A stretch of 63,110 nucleotides of DNA, counting the filler, from Cercozoa sp. M6MM (lineage: Eukaryota; Protista; Endomyxa: Ascetosporea), in the NCBI GenBank assembly GCA_040357565.1. It is 9 parts of 9 records of this genome, joined end to end, with 100 filler letters (N's around TTAATTAATTAA, not from the genome) between each part and the next. Parts side by side here need not be neighbours in the genome. Positions count along the whole stretch, not along the records: positions 22,054 to 53,849 come from JBDODJ010000128.1; positions 53,950 to 57,007 come from JBDODJ010001627.1; positions 57,108 to 58,371 come from JBDODJ010002088.1; positions 58,472 to 61,517 come from JBDODJ010001633.1; 5 more parts are not named here. One strand, written 5' to 3'. A program made the position numbers and the translations under genes. Below are positions 49,794 to 61,617 of the stretch, one piece after another. Positions within the stretch are counted from its first letter, which is position 1, and the number at the start of each line of letters is the position of its first letter. The notes below the pieces were generated by a model. It worked only from the letters and a program-made list of their open reading frames with translations, ran no database searches and was not told the origin of the DNA.

Positions 49794-51811
49794 GTGTAGT
49801 GGCACCACGGAGGTGCAAGCACGTGCCATTCAGTCGGTGGCCTATGTGGTCGATACCTTGCTGGCCAGTGACGAGGATAGCGATGATGCTGCAGTGGTCG
49901 CACGTGCCGATCGATTAATGCTTCTGCTGAAACTTCTCGCTTCTTTCGACGTGGTACCGATGAGTGCCCTCCTTCTCGCATAGTTTATATCAGTCTGCAT
50001 GAGTGTGCGCACGTGTGTGTAGAGACACTTGTCCCTGTTGGCACCTCGCATCTGTCCCACTATCGAACGTGTTCTCGGTACACCTCAACTATGCTGTGCC
50101 TGTACTGTCTATATTGTGTCTACACTGCGTTTATCCTGTGCCTGTCGTGTTTCCTGTCTGTCTGTTTATGTGGACGTCAATGAGCAGACCCTAAGGTGCT
50201 ACCTTTGCCGCGTCATGCTGCCGCAGCATGTCATGTTCTGAGACGGTATCCTGCCGCCCTGCTTTTATTTGACTGCGGGGACTAGTCAGTGTCTTGTCGG
50301 TGCAGGTGTCTTGCCGTCCCAGAGACTGACACCATCGACGACAATGTCCAACACAGACAACGCAGCAGTCATCGTCGGATATGGGGCATCTGTCGTTCGC
50401 GTAGCGTCGTTGTTGCCACCGTGGCATCACTGCTTCCAGATAGGGTTTCGGTACGTTTAAACAGCAAGGGAGTAGCAGTAGCAGCCTCATGATGTTTCAT
50501 CACAGGTGGAGTCGCTCTGTGCACTGTTGCAAGTGTTGCAAGAAGCCGGTTCGGTCGTACAGCCCAGTTCCTTTCCAGTCTAACTTGCAGTTAATGTGTG
50601 CGCTGACTGTAGAGTACACTGCGTCAAATACTCGAGTTGCTTCCGGTATCTCTTTCCTATCAATGTGAGTGTGTGTAACATGTACGCATGTCAGGAACTG
50701 CCTCGCCGATACAAGGAGATTCCATTGTTACCAACGTAACCTCGTTTTATATGTGCACATCTGCAGTGACACGCCTGAGTTAAATGCAGAAGCTTGGAGG
50801 AGGATATTCGTCGAGATGACCCTGTGTTAGAGGTGCCTTTGTGTGTCTGTATGTTGACACACACGCCTATTTGGTGTGTTTGGTAGGCGAGATTGTGGTT
50901 GAGTGTTGTCCAAGCTATTGTGAATGCGGACGCTCCTGTACCAACCAAACGTTTGATCAGCTGCGACACGCCCCCATCCCCATTTTTTATTGCAACTTCA
51001 ACGACAGGACATGGTGCCGACTCTGCAAGAGGCTTTGATGACGGCGCCAGTGTCTGTCGACATGCAATCGGTAGGCCGGTATCCCTCAATCTGCTCTTCC
51101 AGAGGAGCTGACACATAGGTTGCCGCCTGGCGCATGTGCTTCACCGACATTCTACTCTCGCGCGCACGCGCCCTTGCTTCGGCAGACAAAGGTAGCGCAT
51201 GCGGAAATAATTAAATGCGCGCAAGCGATAGAACATAACTTTTTTGTGTATAGAAACCTGCAAAAGTTTGCTGGCTATCGTTCTCAAGACCATTTCCGCT
51301 CGGGCTCACGTTTTGGTTTGTTCCCATCATCACAAAAAATATGGGCTATCTGCGCTGCGGTACTTGCAATGCGCTGCGGTCCTTGCAATGCGCTGCATCG
51401 TGCAGGTAAATGCGCCGAGATTCTCATCGCTGCTGCTGTCTGTCCTGACGAAAGCAACACGCATCATGTCACTGTGCCTCGGGTGCCTTTCTTGTTTTGC
51501 AATCTACGATGTGTCTCTGTCATGGCTTTAATGTGGAAGCAGTGACGAGGAAGAAGGTGCGCTTGAGTTCGTGCAAACCGTCAAGAACTTGCTCCTTGTC
51601 GTGTCGTCCATGGGTATGTTTGAACGTGACGCTAGCCTGTACCAAAGTGCGCTGAAAACCGCGCAACACGAGGCCACTGGCGCGCTGACGCGATTTGTGA
51701 GTTTTTTTCGCTCTGTCTGCGCTGTTATGTTTGGCATCCCAATTGTTGCAGATCCCCGAAGCAGCACTCTCAGACATTCAGCTGTCTTTGCGGAGCGAGA
51801 ACAAAGCGTAG
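43923..51811 (+). CDS. GBF1: Large Sec7-domain Arf-GEF, GBF1/Gea type, many exons
   Basis: Sec7 motifs LDAALRSL, FLRGEAQQIEKVLEAFSEHY, SYAVVMLNTD, KMTKEQFRANLRGTN and LDALYE. N-terminal LLIGEVQTVLAAAR and C-terminal TVKNLLLVVSSMGMF are GBF1-like. Confidence 0.82.
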
Positions 51812-52318
51812 ACGCCGCAATCGACTCAGACTTCGAGTCGAATCCTGGCAGTTCCTGTTTCGATCTACTGCGGCTTCAACTCGCGTTTGCAATTATTTCA
51901 ATTCTGGTACTTCCGTTCGTTGCGTTGACTATGCTACGCTAGCTAGCGCTAGCCTACGCTACCCGCTAACCATAGCCTAGTACGGTACTTTGGGAGATGC
52001 AGAGGAGACCCAGGGGGAGAATCAAACGACTTCGGACTTGACGTAGATGGCAAACATGTGCCAAGCAGCGCAACACAACGACGCGGCGCGAGGCAACAAA
52101 AATCGGACAGGCCGAGGATCTACGTGAAATCGAAACTGCTCAGCGCGTGGCCAAAGCCATCTACATTAGAACTGAGCGCGAAAAGATGCGTAAAATATCC
52201 ATTAGCCTCTCACACAACAAAAAATAAGGAATTATAAGGCGAGGAATTATGCAGCCAGAGCCCAGCAACACGTCGCGTGCTGGCCGAATTACGTATACAC
52301 CTATGGGTCCTGCTTTGC

Positions 52319-53770
52319 TTACGGCATCGCATGCAGCTGCACTTCGCCGCTCTTCCGGTCCTCCTCATCGCTGCCACTCGGCGGCTGCAGGCTGCTGGGT
52401 CCGGTCGCACTGCTGGTGGTAGAGTCCGGCATCGGGAGCAAGCGCGGCGGGCAGCATACGCCCTGAGTGCACTCCTTGGCACTGCAACACATCATTACAT
52501 TTAAAACATTTTATAACTTCAACACATGCCAGGGAGGGAAGTACCCGCAGAAGCGGTCAGTGCACGCACTGCTGCCGAGTTCTCCGCGCAAACGCGGCGA
52601 TGACACGGAGCCAGGCCACTACGCCAAGCGACACACATTTCATCGATACTCAGATCGAGTAGAGTATGTGCATCGGTGTCTGTCTGTCAAGAATGACTAC
52701 CTCCGGTTGGATTGTGGACGAGTGCACGCCGAGTCGGTGCAGGCGCTTCTTGAGGGCATCGCAAGTGGGCGCAAACGGCACCCCCTACCACACCACATGA
52801 ACGAGTAGAACAATCAATTGGGTGCGTGTACAAAATACACTCTGCAACGTCACGTGGAAGGACGCGATGACTCGCTTTGAGTCCAGTTGCCACACGTGCA
52901 ACTCGTGGATCGCATTCACGCCCGGCACACGCATCAATTTGCTATTTGAAAACAGTCAATGTATGTATATATATATATATATATATGCCACGTAAGAACA
53001 TACCGGTACAAACGGTGGCGAGGAAGCGTCTCAGGCGCGCGCTGCATCAGCACCTTTGCCGAACGACTGTGCGCGTGTGGCTGTGTGAGAAAAACAACAG
53101 TGACTCCGCCGCACAGACCAAGTGTACCGAATAAGCGGCCACGATGAGCGTAAAATGATGAGGGAGATCAAGATCGACGCAATCGGATCAGCCAACGTAC
53201 GTTTCTTCCTGCATACATGAGAAGCACATAAAGTACACAAGAACACCACCAAACAAAAAGAATGTAGACTGGCCGACCATGTGGTCCACTCGACAAGAGC
53301 AGCCGACACAATGACCACCTGACACAAACACACATACACACAGACACAGCAGTACACAGACACACAGACAACGACACAGACACAGACACACAAGCATCGG
53401 CCGAGACAAAATGCGTTTAGTATCAGCAAGAAGGTTCAAAAACCACAGAGCCGAGTGCGTCGCCGAGCAGGTGGAGCCACACACCGTGCAGATTCATGTT
53501 GCGCGTGTTGCGCACTTCAACATCTATCTCAATCTCCGATTCGTCCAAGTCCTCGCTCTCAACGAGCGAAGCAGATTCGTGAGAGTGCCCATGGTCGCCG
53601 CCATCTGTGCACGCACAACACCCCCTGCCGCAGCCACACCGAGCACAACGTGCACATGCATGTTTGCACCTCCATGTGAGTGGCCGTGTCCACCGTGACC
53701 AAACAGAACGAGCCCGATGAGGTTGACACCCAGGCCAATGAAGCCAACAACAAACACCTCAAACGCCTGC
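52319..53770 (-). CDS. Cation diffusion facilitator, ZnT1/Zrc1-type zinc transporter; 5' part is off the contig
   Basis: VGFIGLGVNLIGLVLFGHGGHGHSHGG, NMNLHGVWLHLLGDALGSV, ADPIASILISLIILRSSWPL, LHRLGVHSSTIQPE and a Cys-rich tail. Confidence 0.92.
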
Positions 53771-53782
53771 ATTAAATATTCA

Positions 53783-53847
<65 letters not shown>

Positions 53848-53949
53848 ATNNNNNNNNNNNNNNNNNNNNNNNNNNNNNNNNNNNNNNNNNNNNTTAATTA
53901 ATTAANNNNNNNNNNNNNNNNNNNNNNNNNNNNNNNNNNNNNNNNNNNN

Positions 53950-54033
<84 letters not shown>

Positions 54034-54766
54034 TAACGTTCGCACCGTGGATGCCGTCTTTGCGACAAAAATGTCTCACAAAGATATCGAGGCACCACAG
54101 AACGTCATTAACGTAATGAGATTAGGTTAGAGCTGCTGAAATCAATTTCAAAATCTCCAATGCGTTAATTAATGAGTTGGCCTCGTCGGGGCGTTGGTGT
54201 TGGTAGATTTAGATCTGCACCCTCGCCTAGCTGTCGCCGTTACTTAGTAGATTTGATAAAGCAGGGGTTTGTTTTGGAAAGGATGGTGTCCGAAGACACC
54301 GGGTCATGTGCACCGACCCTCGGGAAAGGGCTGCTCAAAACCTACCTTGTTGAGGACGGCAGAGACTTGACTCTTGAGAGGACGCCGTCGCCAGACGTCG
54401 TGCCAAACGACACCTCCTGCATTATGCGTCAATGAATCACATCCCTAACCAATGAGACGAACCATTACTTACCGATGTTGTCGACACGAGACATACTGAC
54501 CCTACATGCAGTCTCGGTAGGGCACCGTCCGGTCGCTTGTTTCGTTGATTTCGTTGCACTTCACTTCGCATCGTTGTACTTTCGTTGATTCGTTGGCGTG
54601 GGTTTCGTCGGTGCGATCAGAACACCACCCTGCTCACAAGGCAAACCACGCGACCGTAAAGTTAGAGGGTGAATTGCACGCACACCACACACACACACGC
54701 CCCCACGAGTTGAAACATGCAATGAAGCTAACTAACATCTTTCTTACCACGTCCCGTCTGGCGTCC

Positions 54767-54938
54767 AAGTGATTCTTCCGACAGGAACTTACGAGGAAGG
54801 ATCACTTCCAGTTCCGTCAACGTTGCCGAAGTGTACCAGCCGCAGGGAACCCGGCGGGGTTCCCGACCCAAGCACATCTCTTCTGATCCACCCCGTACCT
54901 TTTGTGACACTTCGATTGCCGAGCCCGCCACCATTTTT
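54767..54938 (+). ncRNA. Candidate structured non-coding element, class unknown
   Basis: Three helices (54767-54779/54795-54807, 54827-54834/54907-54914, 54845-54852/54857-54864) followed by T5. Confidence 0.3.
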
Positions 54939-55762
54939 GCCTTTTTCTCTCCTGCTGCCTTAGACTTACTTTAAGTAGTCTCGCCGCGTGCGGGCATGCA
55001 CTGCATGTTTATTGAGATGCAGTGCCGCTTCTAAGTCAATCCAGATACTTTACATTTTTCTTATTTTCCCCGCTTGGCCGGCTTTTGAGCGGTTTGGCGC
55101 AGCCTCGTGCGGCTTTCGCCAGTGCAGGTTATCAATGCGAGCTCAACTGCACGCTCGGTTTGGCGCATAGTTTCAGTTGTTGCCTTTGCCATTTCTTTCA
55201 ATCAACTTTCAAGAGACGCGAAAGCGAAAGTCGAGCGAAAATGGCTGTATTCGCCGTCGATAGTCCGCAAGCGCTCTGCTGCCATCGTTAAGGACTGTTC
55301 TTGCTTCTGTTCGCACGGTCACATTTAAGTGACGCATTTTGAGCGCAGTGGGATCGCTGTACAAACTGCTCTACTCAATGGAAGGCGCACATTTCTCGCG
55401 TGGTGCACCACAAACAACGCATATCATTGTGGCCTGCAGACGAAGCGCACTGAACCTCAGAACTGAATAGAATGACGCTACGGTCGGGCGCATACTCTAC
55501 TTCCACTACAATGTATAGCTGTACTGGCAAACCTGAGACAAAATGAACAGGGCAGACTCCAAATGAGAGGGTTTCCCCTCGTTGCGACAGTACGTCAAGC
55601 TAGCCGAGTACACTCGAGAGTAATTGAGTGGTACGAGTACAGTCTCTAATTGCCAATGAACAATAGAACGACTGATACGATTGAATCCGAACTAACGGAC
55701 AATAATATATCGTATAACTGTGCACTCGACTAACACTCAACCCTATGTATACAGTCGAGTAG

Positions 55763-56907
55763 TTAGCTAGTTGAGTCTTCTAGGAAACCAACTATGTAGT
55801 TCCCCTGCACCAGTCTGGGGTGGGTCACAAGAGCATGGCCGTGTCTACCGCCCGCTTAGGGTAGGACCATACAACTCCCCTTTTGACGTTCCCAGACACC
55901 GAAGTCGACTTCATGGTTGGTGCGGGTAGCGGGCTACAAGTAGAGAGGCGTCGCAGGCGGCGTCGGGTCGTCCCGTCGTCGTCCTCCCGTCTCTCCACTC
56001 GATACCTAAACAAAACAGACAAACGGACATCGACTTAGGGCCACCACTGCTGTGAGTGGTGGCCTAGTCTATGTCGGGGACCTCTCGGTCCAGTGCCTGC
56101 TGGGAGGCTAGTTGTCCTTCGACAGTTGCTTCCTCGTCCCAGGAGATCTTGGTGCCTTGATGCATTCTGTTGAGTGTTGCTAGGTTCTCAGGGTTGGCCA
56201 GTATGTCTTCAATTGTGCGCCACTGAGCCGCATTGGTGTTGTTTCTGATAGCTTCCGTTACCTTGCATTCCAGCAATCGGTGGTACGTGTCGAGAGTGTC
56301 TTCTGCATTTTCCCAGGTACCCGCGCAGTCGGGGCACTCGCTTACTTAGCGTTTTTGTCGTCGTTGTTTGCATCTCTTGCAGTTGGGAGTCCTGAGTCTG
56401 CCTCTGGCATTGCATTCATTGCACTTTCGCTGTATTTGGGCGTAGTTGTAGTACTTAAAGCTTCCAAGTCTGTTGCAGAGGAATCTTGAAAGTGTGCGGA
56501 TGTCTGCGATGCTGAGTTTGCGCTCTTTGGCTATTCTGAGCAGTTTGTTTGAGTTCTTGATATGTTTCCAAGGGTTTCTGACTGTGTCTTCTGTCGAGCT
56601 CTGACTCTGGCCCTTCTGAGAGGGCGTTGCGGTTCATTGTTTTTGCTGTTTCGCGTCTGCTTTTTCAGTTTCTTGTGGTCTTTATTTATTTTGATCCAGT
56701 TTCTCCTGTTGTGGTTCCTTCCTTTCTTTGCTTCTTTGTCTGCTAGTTCGTTGAGGTGAATGTCGATGTGCGATGGTACCCAGTGTACCGTGATGTGCAT
56801 GTCCTTTGTTAGTTCCTTCAATTGTGCATCAATCTCATCCATCTCTGTTTTTTGAGGGGTTGTCACGTCAGGTGCAAGATTGTTCCTTTGTTGTCAATCA
56901 GGAGTGC
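55763..56907 (-). mobile_element. 5'-truncated, frameshifted non-LTR retrotransposon carrying RNase H and a C-terminal zinc knuckle, with a 16-bp TSD
   Basis: RNase H end ITVHWVPSHIDIHLNELADKEAKKG; CPDC-x14-HRLLEC; stop at 56064; about 300-bp 3' UTR ending CAACTAGCTAA; perfect TSD GTATACAGTCGAGTAG at 55747-55762 and 56908-56923. Confidence 0.93.
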
Positions 56908-57158
56908 GTATACAGTCGAGTAGGTGCAGTCTGAGGCTAGCGCTACCGTACGTTAAGTCACTCTACGTCAGTTAGCTGTCCTGGCAAGTGACGTCAGTAT
57001 CCGTAGTNNNNNNNNNNNNNNNNNNNNNNNNNNNNNNNNNNNNNNNNNNNNTTAATTAATTAANNNNNNNNNNNNNNNNNNNNNNNNNNNNNNNNNNNNN
57101 NNNNNNNAGTTTTACCCCCCTGTTTACCCCCCTGTTTACCCCCCCCCCCCCGACCCAG

Positions 57159-57838
57159 GCAAGTGACGCTGTTCTGCAAGGGCGCCGACAACGTGATTCT
57201 GGAGCGACTGGACAACACGGACGACTGGCCCGGTAGGGAGCTTTTACCCCCCCTGTTTACCCCCCTGTTTACCCCCCTGCTTACCCCCCTGTTTACCCCC
57301 CTGTTTACCCCTCCCCCCAGAGACACGACGTCATTTGGCCGACTTTGCCGACGAAGGTCTGCGCACCTTGTGCTGCGCTGCCAAGGTTTACCCCCCCTCT
57401 TTACCCCTACCCCCTTTACCCCTACCCCTTTACCCCTACCCCTTTACCCCTACCCCTTTACCCCGTAACCTTCTTACCCCCTACCCCTTTACCCCCCCCC
57501 CGATGCNNNNNNNNNNNNNNNNNNNNNNNNNNNNNNNNNNNNNNNNNNNNNNNNNNNNNNNNNNNNNNNNNNNNNNNNNNNNNNNNNNNNNNNNNNNNNN
57601 NNNNNNGTTTACCCCCCTGATTACCGCCCTTGCAGGATTCTACTTCAGCGAGCGGCAGGCAGCGGTGCTGTCGGTGGGCAGGTAGTGTCCGCTCCCTTAA
57701 GTATCTGTCTGTGTCCAACTGGACGGTCCGTATGTACCTGTCTGTCTATTTGTGTGTCCGCGCGGACGCAGACTCCAGGTGGACGGACAGGTGCTCACGC
57801 TGCTCGAGGACGACGGCGCCGGCGATGTCGTTGTAGTT

Positions 57839-57872
<34 letters not shown>

Positions 57873-58250
57873 NNNNNNNNNNNNNNNNNNNNNNNNNNNN
57901 NNNNNNNNNNNNNNNNNNNNNNNNNNNNNNNNNNNNNNNNNNNNNNNNNNNNNNNNNNNNNNNNNNNNNNNNAGTTTTACCCCCCTGTTTACCCCCCTGT
58001 TTACCCCCCCCCCCCCGACCCAGGCAAGTGACGCTGTTCTGCAAGGGCGCCGACAACGTGATTCTGGAGCGACTGGACAACACGGACGACTGGCCCGGTA
58101 GGGAGCTTTTACCCCCCCTGTTTACCCCCCTGTTTACCCCCCTGCTTACCCCCCTGTTTACCCCCCTGTTTACCCCTCCCCCCAGAGACACGACGTCATT
58201 TGGCCGACTTTGCCGACGAAGGTCTGCGCACCTTGTGCTGCGCTGCCAAG
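57159..58250 (+). CDS. P4-type ATPase (phospholipid flippase), internal exons; one block appears twice
   Basis: LFCKGADNVILERL, HLADFADEGLRTLCCA and GFYFSER. Confidence 0.85.
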
Positions 58251-58639
58251 GTTTACCCCCCCTCTTTACCCCTACCCCCTTTACCCCTACCCCTTTACCC
58301 CTACCCCTTTACCCCTACCCCTTTACCCCGTAACCTTCTTACCCCCTACCCCTTTACCCCCCCCCCGATGCNNNNNNNNNNNNNNNNNNNNNNNNNNNNN
58401 NNNNNNNNNNNNNNNTTAATTAATTAANNNNNNNNNNNNNNNNNNNNNNNNNNNNNNNNNNNNNNNNNNNNTATATATATATATATATATATATATAAGA
58501 CACTACACAATACCAACATGCTGAAACTAAAAAGTACCCGCGCGAGAGGTCTGTGCGGGGCACGCACTGCCAGAGCCCTTGGGTTCTGTTGCAACAAAAT
58601 ATCAAGTACACTGAAAATGACCAAAGTGAATCGGGTAGG

Positions 58640-59120
58640 TACCAGTATCAACAACAAGAGTTTGCTGCTGCTGGCACTGCTGCGAGCACGAGCCTTGGTT
58701 CTCCCTGCGTCCAAGTTCACTCAACCTGACAAACACTGATGATAGAAAGCAACACACCAGTGATACTCACAGTCGATCGAACAAGCACCCGACTCGCACG
58801 AGACTGTGTATTTGTCATTCAATACTTCTGTTGAAGGAAAGGTTTAGGAGAAAGCTACCAGTGCGGCTTGTCTGAGTCGGACAGGCAGCACCCGAACCTT
58901 GCGGTGCTATGGACACACAAATCACAGAACATACCTTGGTACAGTACAATTAAACAGTACCGACATCAACGACAAGAGTTTGCTGCTGCTGACACTGCTG
59001 CGAGCACGTGCCTTGATTCTCCCTGTCCACCAAGGGGTTCGTATGAAGTATCACAAGTTAGAACACGCGCTACCAGTGGTATTCGCAGTCGACATCAGAG
59101 CCCGCACACGAACAAGTCTA
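58640..59120 (+). repeat. Diverged direct repeat with a period of about 320 bp
   Basis: ATCAAC(A/G)ACAAGAGTTTGCTGCTGCTG(G/A)CACTGCTGCGAGCACG(A/T)GCCTTG(G/A)TTCTCCCTG at about 58647 and about 58965, with weaker matches beyond. Confidence 0.8.
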
Positions 59121-59249
59121 CTCACACTCTTAAATGAGCACATATAGATAGCATGTGAAACAGACGCACCTGTGTCTGTTGCTGTCCGTTCACAAAATCG
59201 CAAGTTTCGCCTCCCTCAAAGGCCTGCCCAAAATGAGACTAAACGACAA

Positions 59250-61370
59250 AGAGCTAAGTGAAGCACAAGTGGCACCTCCTGCTGGACAGTGTAGGTGCGA
59301 GTCTGTGTGCATGTGGAGCCACCCGAGCTAATTTACCGAACAAATATTCAACTTCACCCACTGCAACCATCAAAGCAAACTCCAAAAGGCTACCTGCAAG
59401 CACCCCAGGCCGACCAGGTGCCGTAGCACGGAATCACGCACGTGTCGTACAGGACCGCTTGCGTTTTCGAAGCATCCAAGTCACATCTGCAGTTTAGCAG
59501 GTGTACTTCCGCGCGCAGACTTTTTTGGCACAGAGATAACTCAATGCCAGATATGGTATCTTACCGACCACTGTCGCTGTTTCCGGTTTTTGAAGTGTAG
59601 CCCGACAGTGCAGGACAGTCGTCACCTGATACGTACGTTTGTCAATTAGTGGAAGAAAACGCGACTGTGAATGTACCATACTCAGCGAAAGTGAGACCGC
59701 CGGTGAAGCAGCCGAACGTGCCGAGACTCGAGAACGTGATGCACTTGTCGCTGCCGCCTGGATGAAAACAGGAAACAAGATGAAGAAAGCTCTGTCTTTA
59801 AAATACGGTTAATACCAACGGTGTTCATAACAGGGTCGCCCACGATCACCTTGCACGAACGTGACGGAACGGCGTTCTGTAGACACGAAAATACCTTTTT
59901 CACTCAAGGAGGTTTCCTTATTTCATTTTACGCCATTCTTCATTTTCGTCATGCATCCTTTCGGCAACTGCAAGAGAAAACAACAGTCAACTGGTACGCA
60001 CTGCCACTGCTAAAAGACGCTACCGCAGAGTCGCGCAGGTGGTCGCACATGTCGACCTTGGTGACGTCGTGGAACTGTGCCACTCCGGCTGTCGATACCA
60101 ACCAGGTACAAGAAATGGAAACATGGTTTCGTTTCGTTAAAGCAGTCGGTACACACGGTGCCATAGTCCATGATGGTTCCGGCCTGCCCCTGCGGAATGC
60201 CACTGCGCCAAACAAATACGACAAGCCACTGGGAGAGGAGACAAAAATGGGTCAGATGGTGAGTACCGGTTGAAGGTGTGACTACCGCCAAAGTTATGAC
60301 CCAACTCGTGTGCAACTATGTTTCGTTAGAGTACAGAGAGAAAAGGAGAAGAAGAAGGATAAAACGAAGAGCTTTTACCAGTCTCCCAGTGACTCGCGAA
60401 GGACGAGTAACGGTTGATTCCGCTGGCTCGCCCAGAGCACAATGCACTCACAGCTGCCTGTGCGAATACAACTGTTGTAAAAAGAGGCGGCAGTAACCCT
60501 TGCGTAAGACAATTGTACGTAGCCGGCAACGCCGCCCCAGCTGCAGCCCGACAGAAGTTGGTAGTCCTGTACAATTACATTTACCACTCAACTCGAAACA
60601 AGCAAGTGACACAGGCACCTGAATGTTGGCGTTGGAGTTAAGCAGAGGTTCCGAGTATGCCCTAAAGACAAAGCAATCGACCCTTTTTCTTAGCACAGTG
60701 CGAGATCAACTGGTACTTAAACTCATCCAGGAAGTAGGCGTAGTCATTGCTCGAGCATGAGGCTTGGTTCCAGTTCTACACAAGTGCCTAATCGAAAGGT
60801 TTCTGGATGCGACTAAACAAACCCACCTCGGAAGCAAGCGAACTGCTCGAGTGTGCCATGGTCACCTACCAAATAATCTCTTTCTATCTTTATACTATGT
60901 ATGTATATCAATAGAAGTACAGTGCCAATGGCAATCTTGACGTTGGGTTGCACGGTGTAGAACTCGTTGATACGCGTCACCAGTTGACTCACCTGCAAGT
61001 CAAGGTCAAGGTCAGAAATTCAAGGGGTAATGCATCAATGATTGTTACAGCCGAGTTCGCACTGGCAGCACTGCCAAAAATTGAGTAGGCCGTCCGATCC
61101 ACCACAAAGCCCTATTTTTGTGTGTATGTTTGCACACTCAGGAGTCAGTCAGCAAGTTAAAATTCCAATGGTACCACCGAGAGCGTGCGGCCCTCGCTTT
61201 CGGCACCCGGCCAGCACTACCAATGTTTGGCAAGGTTACTCCCATCTCCCCTCCTCTTGAATGGGAAGCTACCTCATCGCCCCAGGTGTTCATGACAGAG
61301 TTGTCGAACGCCAGGAGTCGCGCGTGCTGCATCGTACGTTCCTCCAGAAGTTCCGGTCCTGTTCTCACTG
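59250..61370 (-). mobile_element. Heavily decayed LTR-retrotransposon pol remnant (protease? - RT - RNase H order)
   Basis: Broken-frame motifs: LLTDS (about 61150), HLTHF..PSG..GIPQGQAG (about 60180-60265) and LDASKTQAVLY (about 59450-59480). No introns or microsatellites. Confidence 0.4.
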
Positions 61371-61617
61371 AGCTTTAGCTCCCTCTCCTAGCCCCTCTTA
61401 CCCTCTTACCCATACCCCGGGAAGCGAGTACCATCAACAAGGAAGTCGTCCAGATCGTTCGGAAATTCAGTCTCTGGCAGCTGCGTCGATTCGCGCCAGG
61501 TCACACTGAATGCGCGGNNNNNNNNNNNNNNNNNNNNNNNNNNNNNNNNNNNNNNNNNNNNTTAATTAATTAANNNNNNNNNNNNNNNNNNNNNNNNNNN
61601 NNNNNNNNNNNNNNNNN

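Noticed and set aside
13842-49981. Many Cys/Val-, His/Thr- and MYVC-repeat ORFs in the ORF track
   Set aside because: These are translations of intronic (GT)n, (CA)n and (ATGT)n microsatellites.
1320-51811. Stop-codon reassignment or non-GT-AG introns as a cause of the broken ORFs
   Set aside because: Where I traced junctions in detail (PSMB5, ARPC2, RPS20, CCDC86, and parts of CCP, DDX24, DNAI3 and GBF1), ordinary GT-AG introns restore the frame; TAA, TAG and TGA are all used as terminal stops.
54765-54820. HDV-like ribozyme on the minus strand (CTTCCTCGTAAG loop with P1- and P2-like pairings)
   Set aside because: No P4 helix and no catalytic C in the J4/2 position; a simple hairpin explains the pairing.
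57108-58371. Apparent tandem duplication of P4-ATPase exons (57108-57506 and 57973-58371)
   Set aside because: The copies look identical even across hypervariable repeats, are bounded by N gaps and put exons out of order; most likely a scaffolding artefact.
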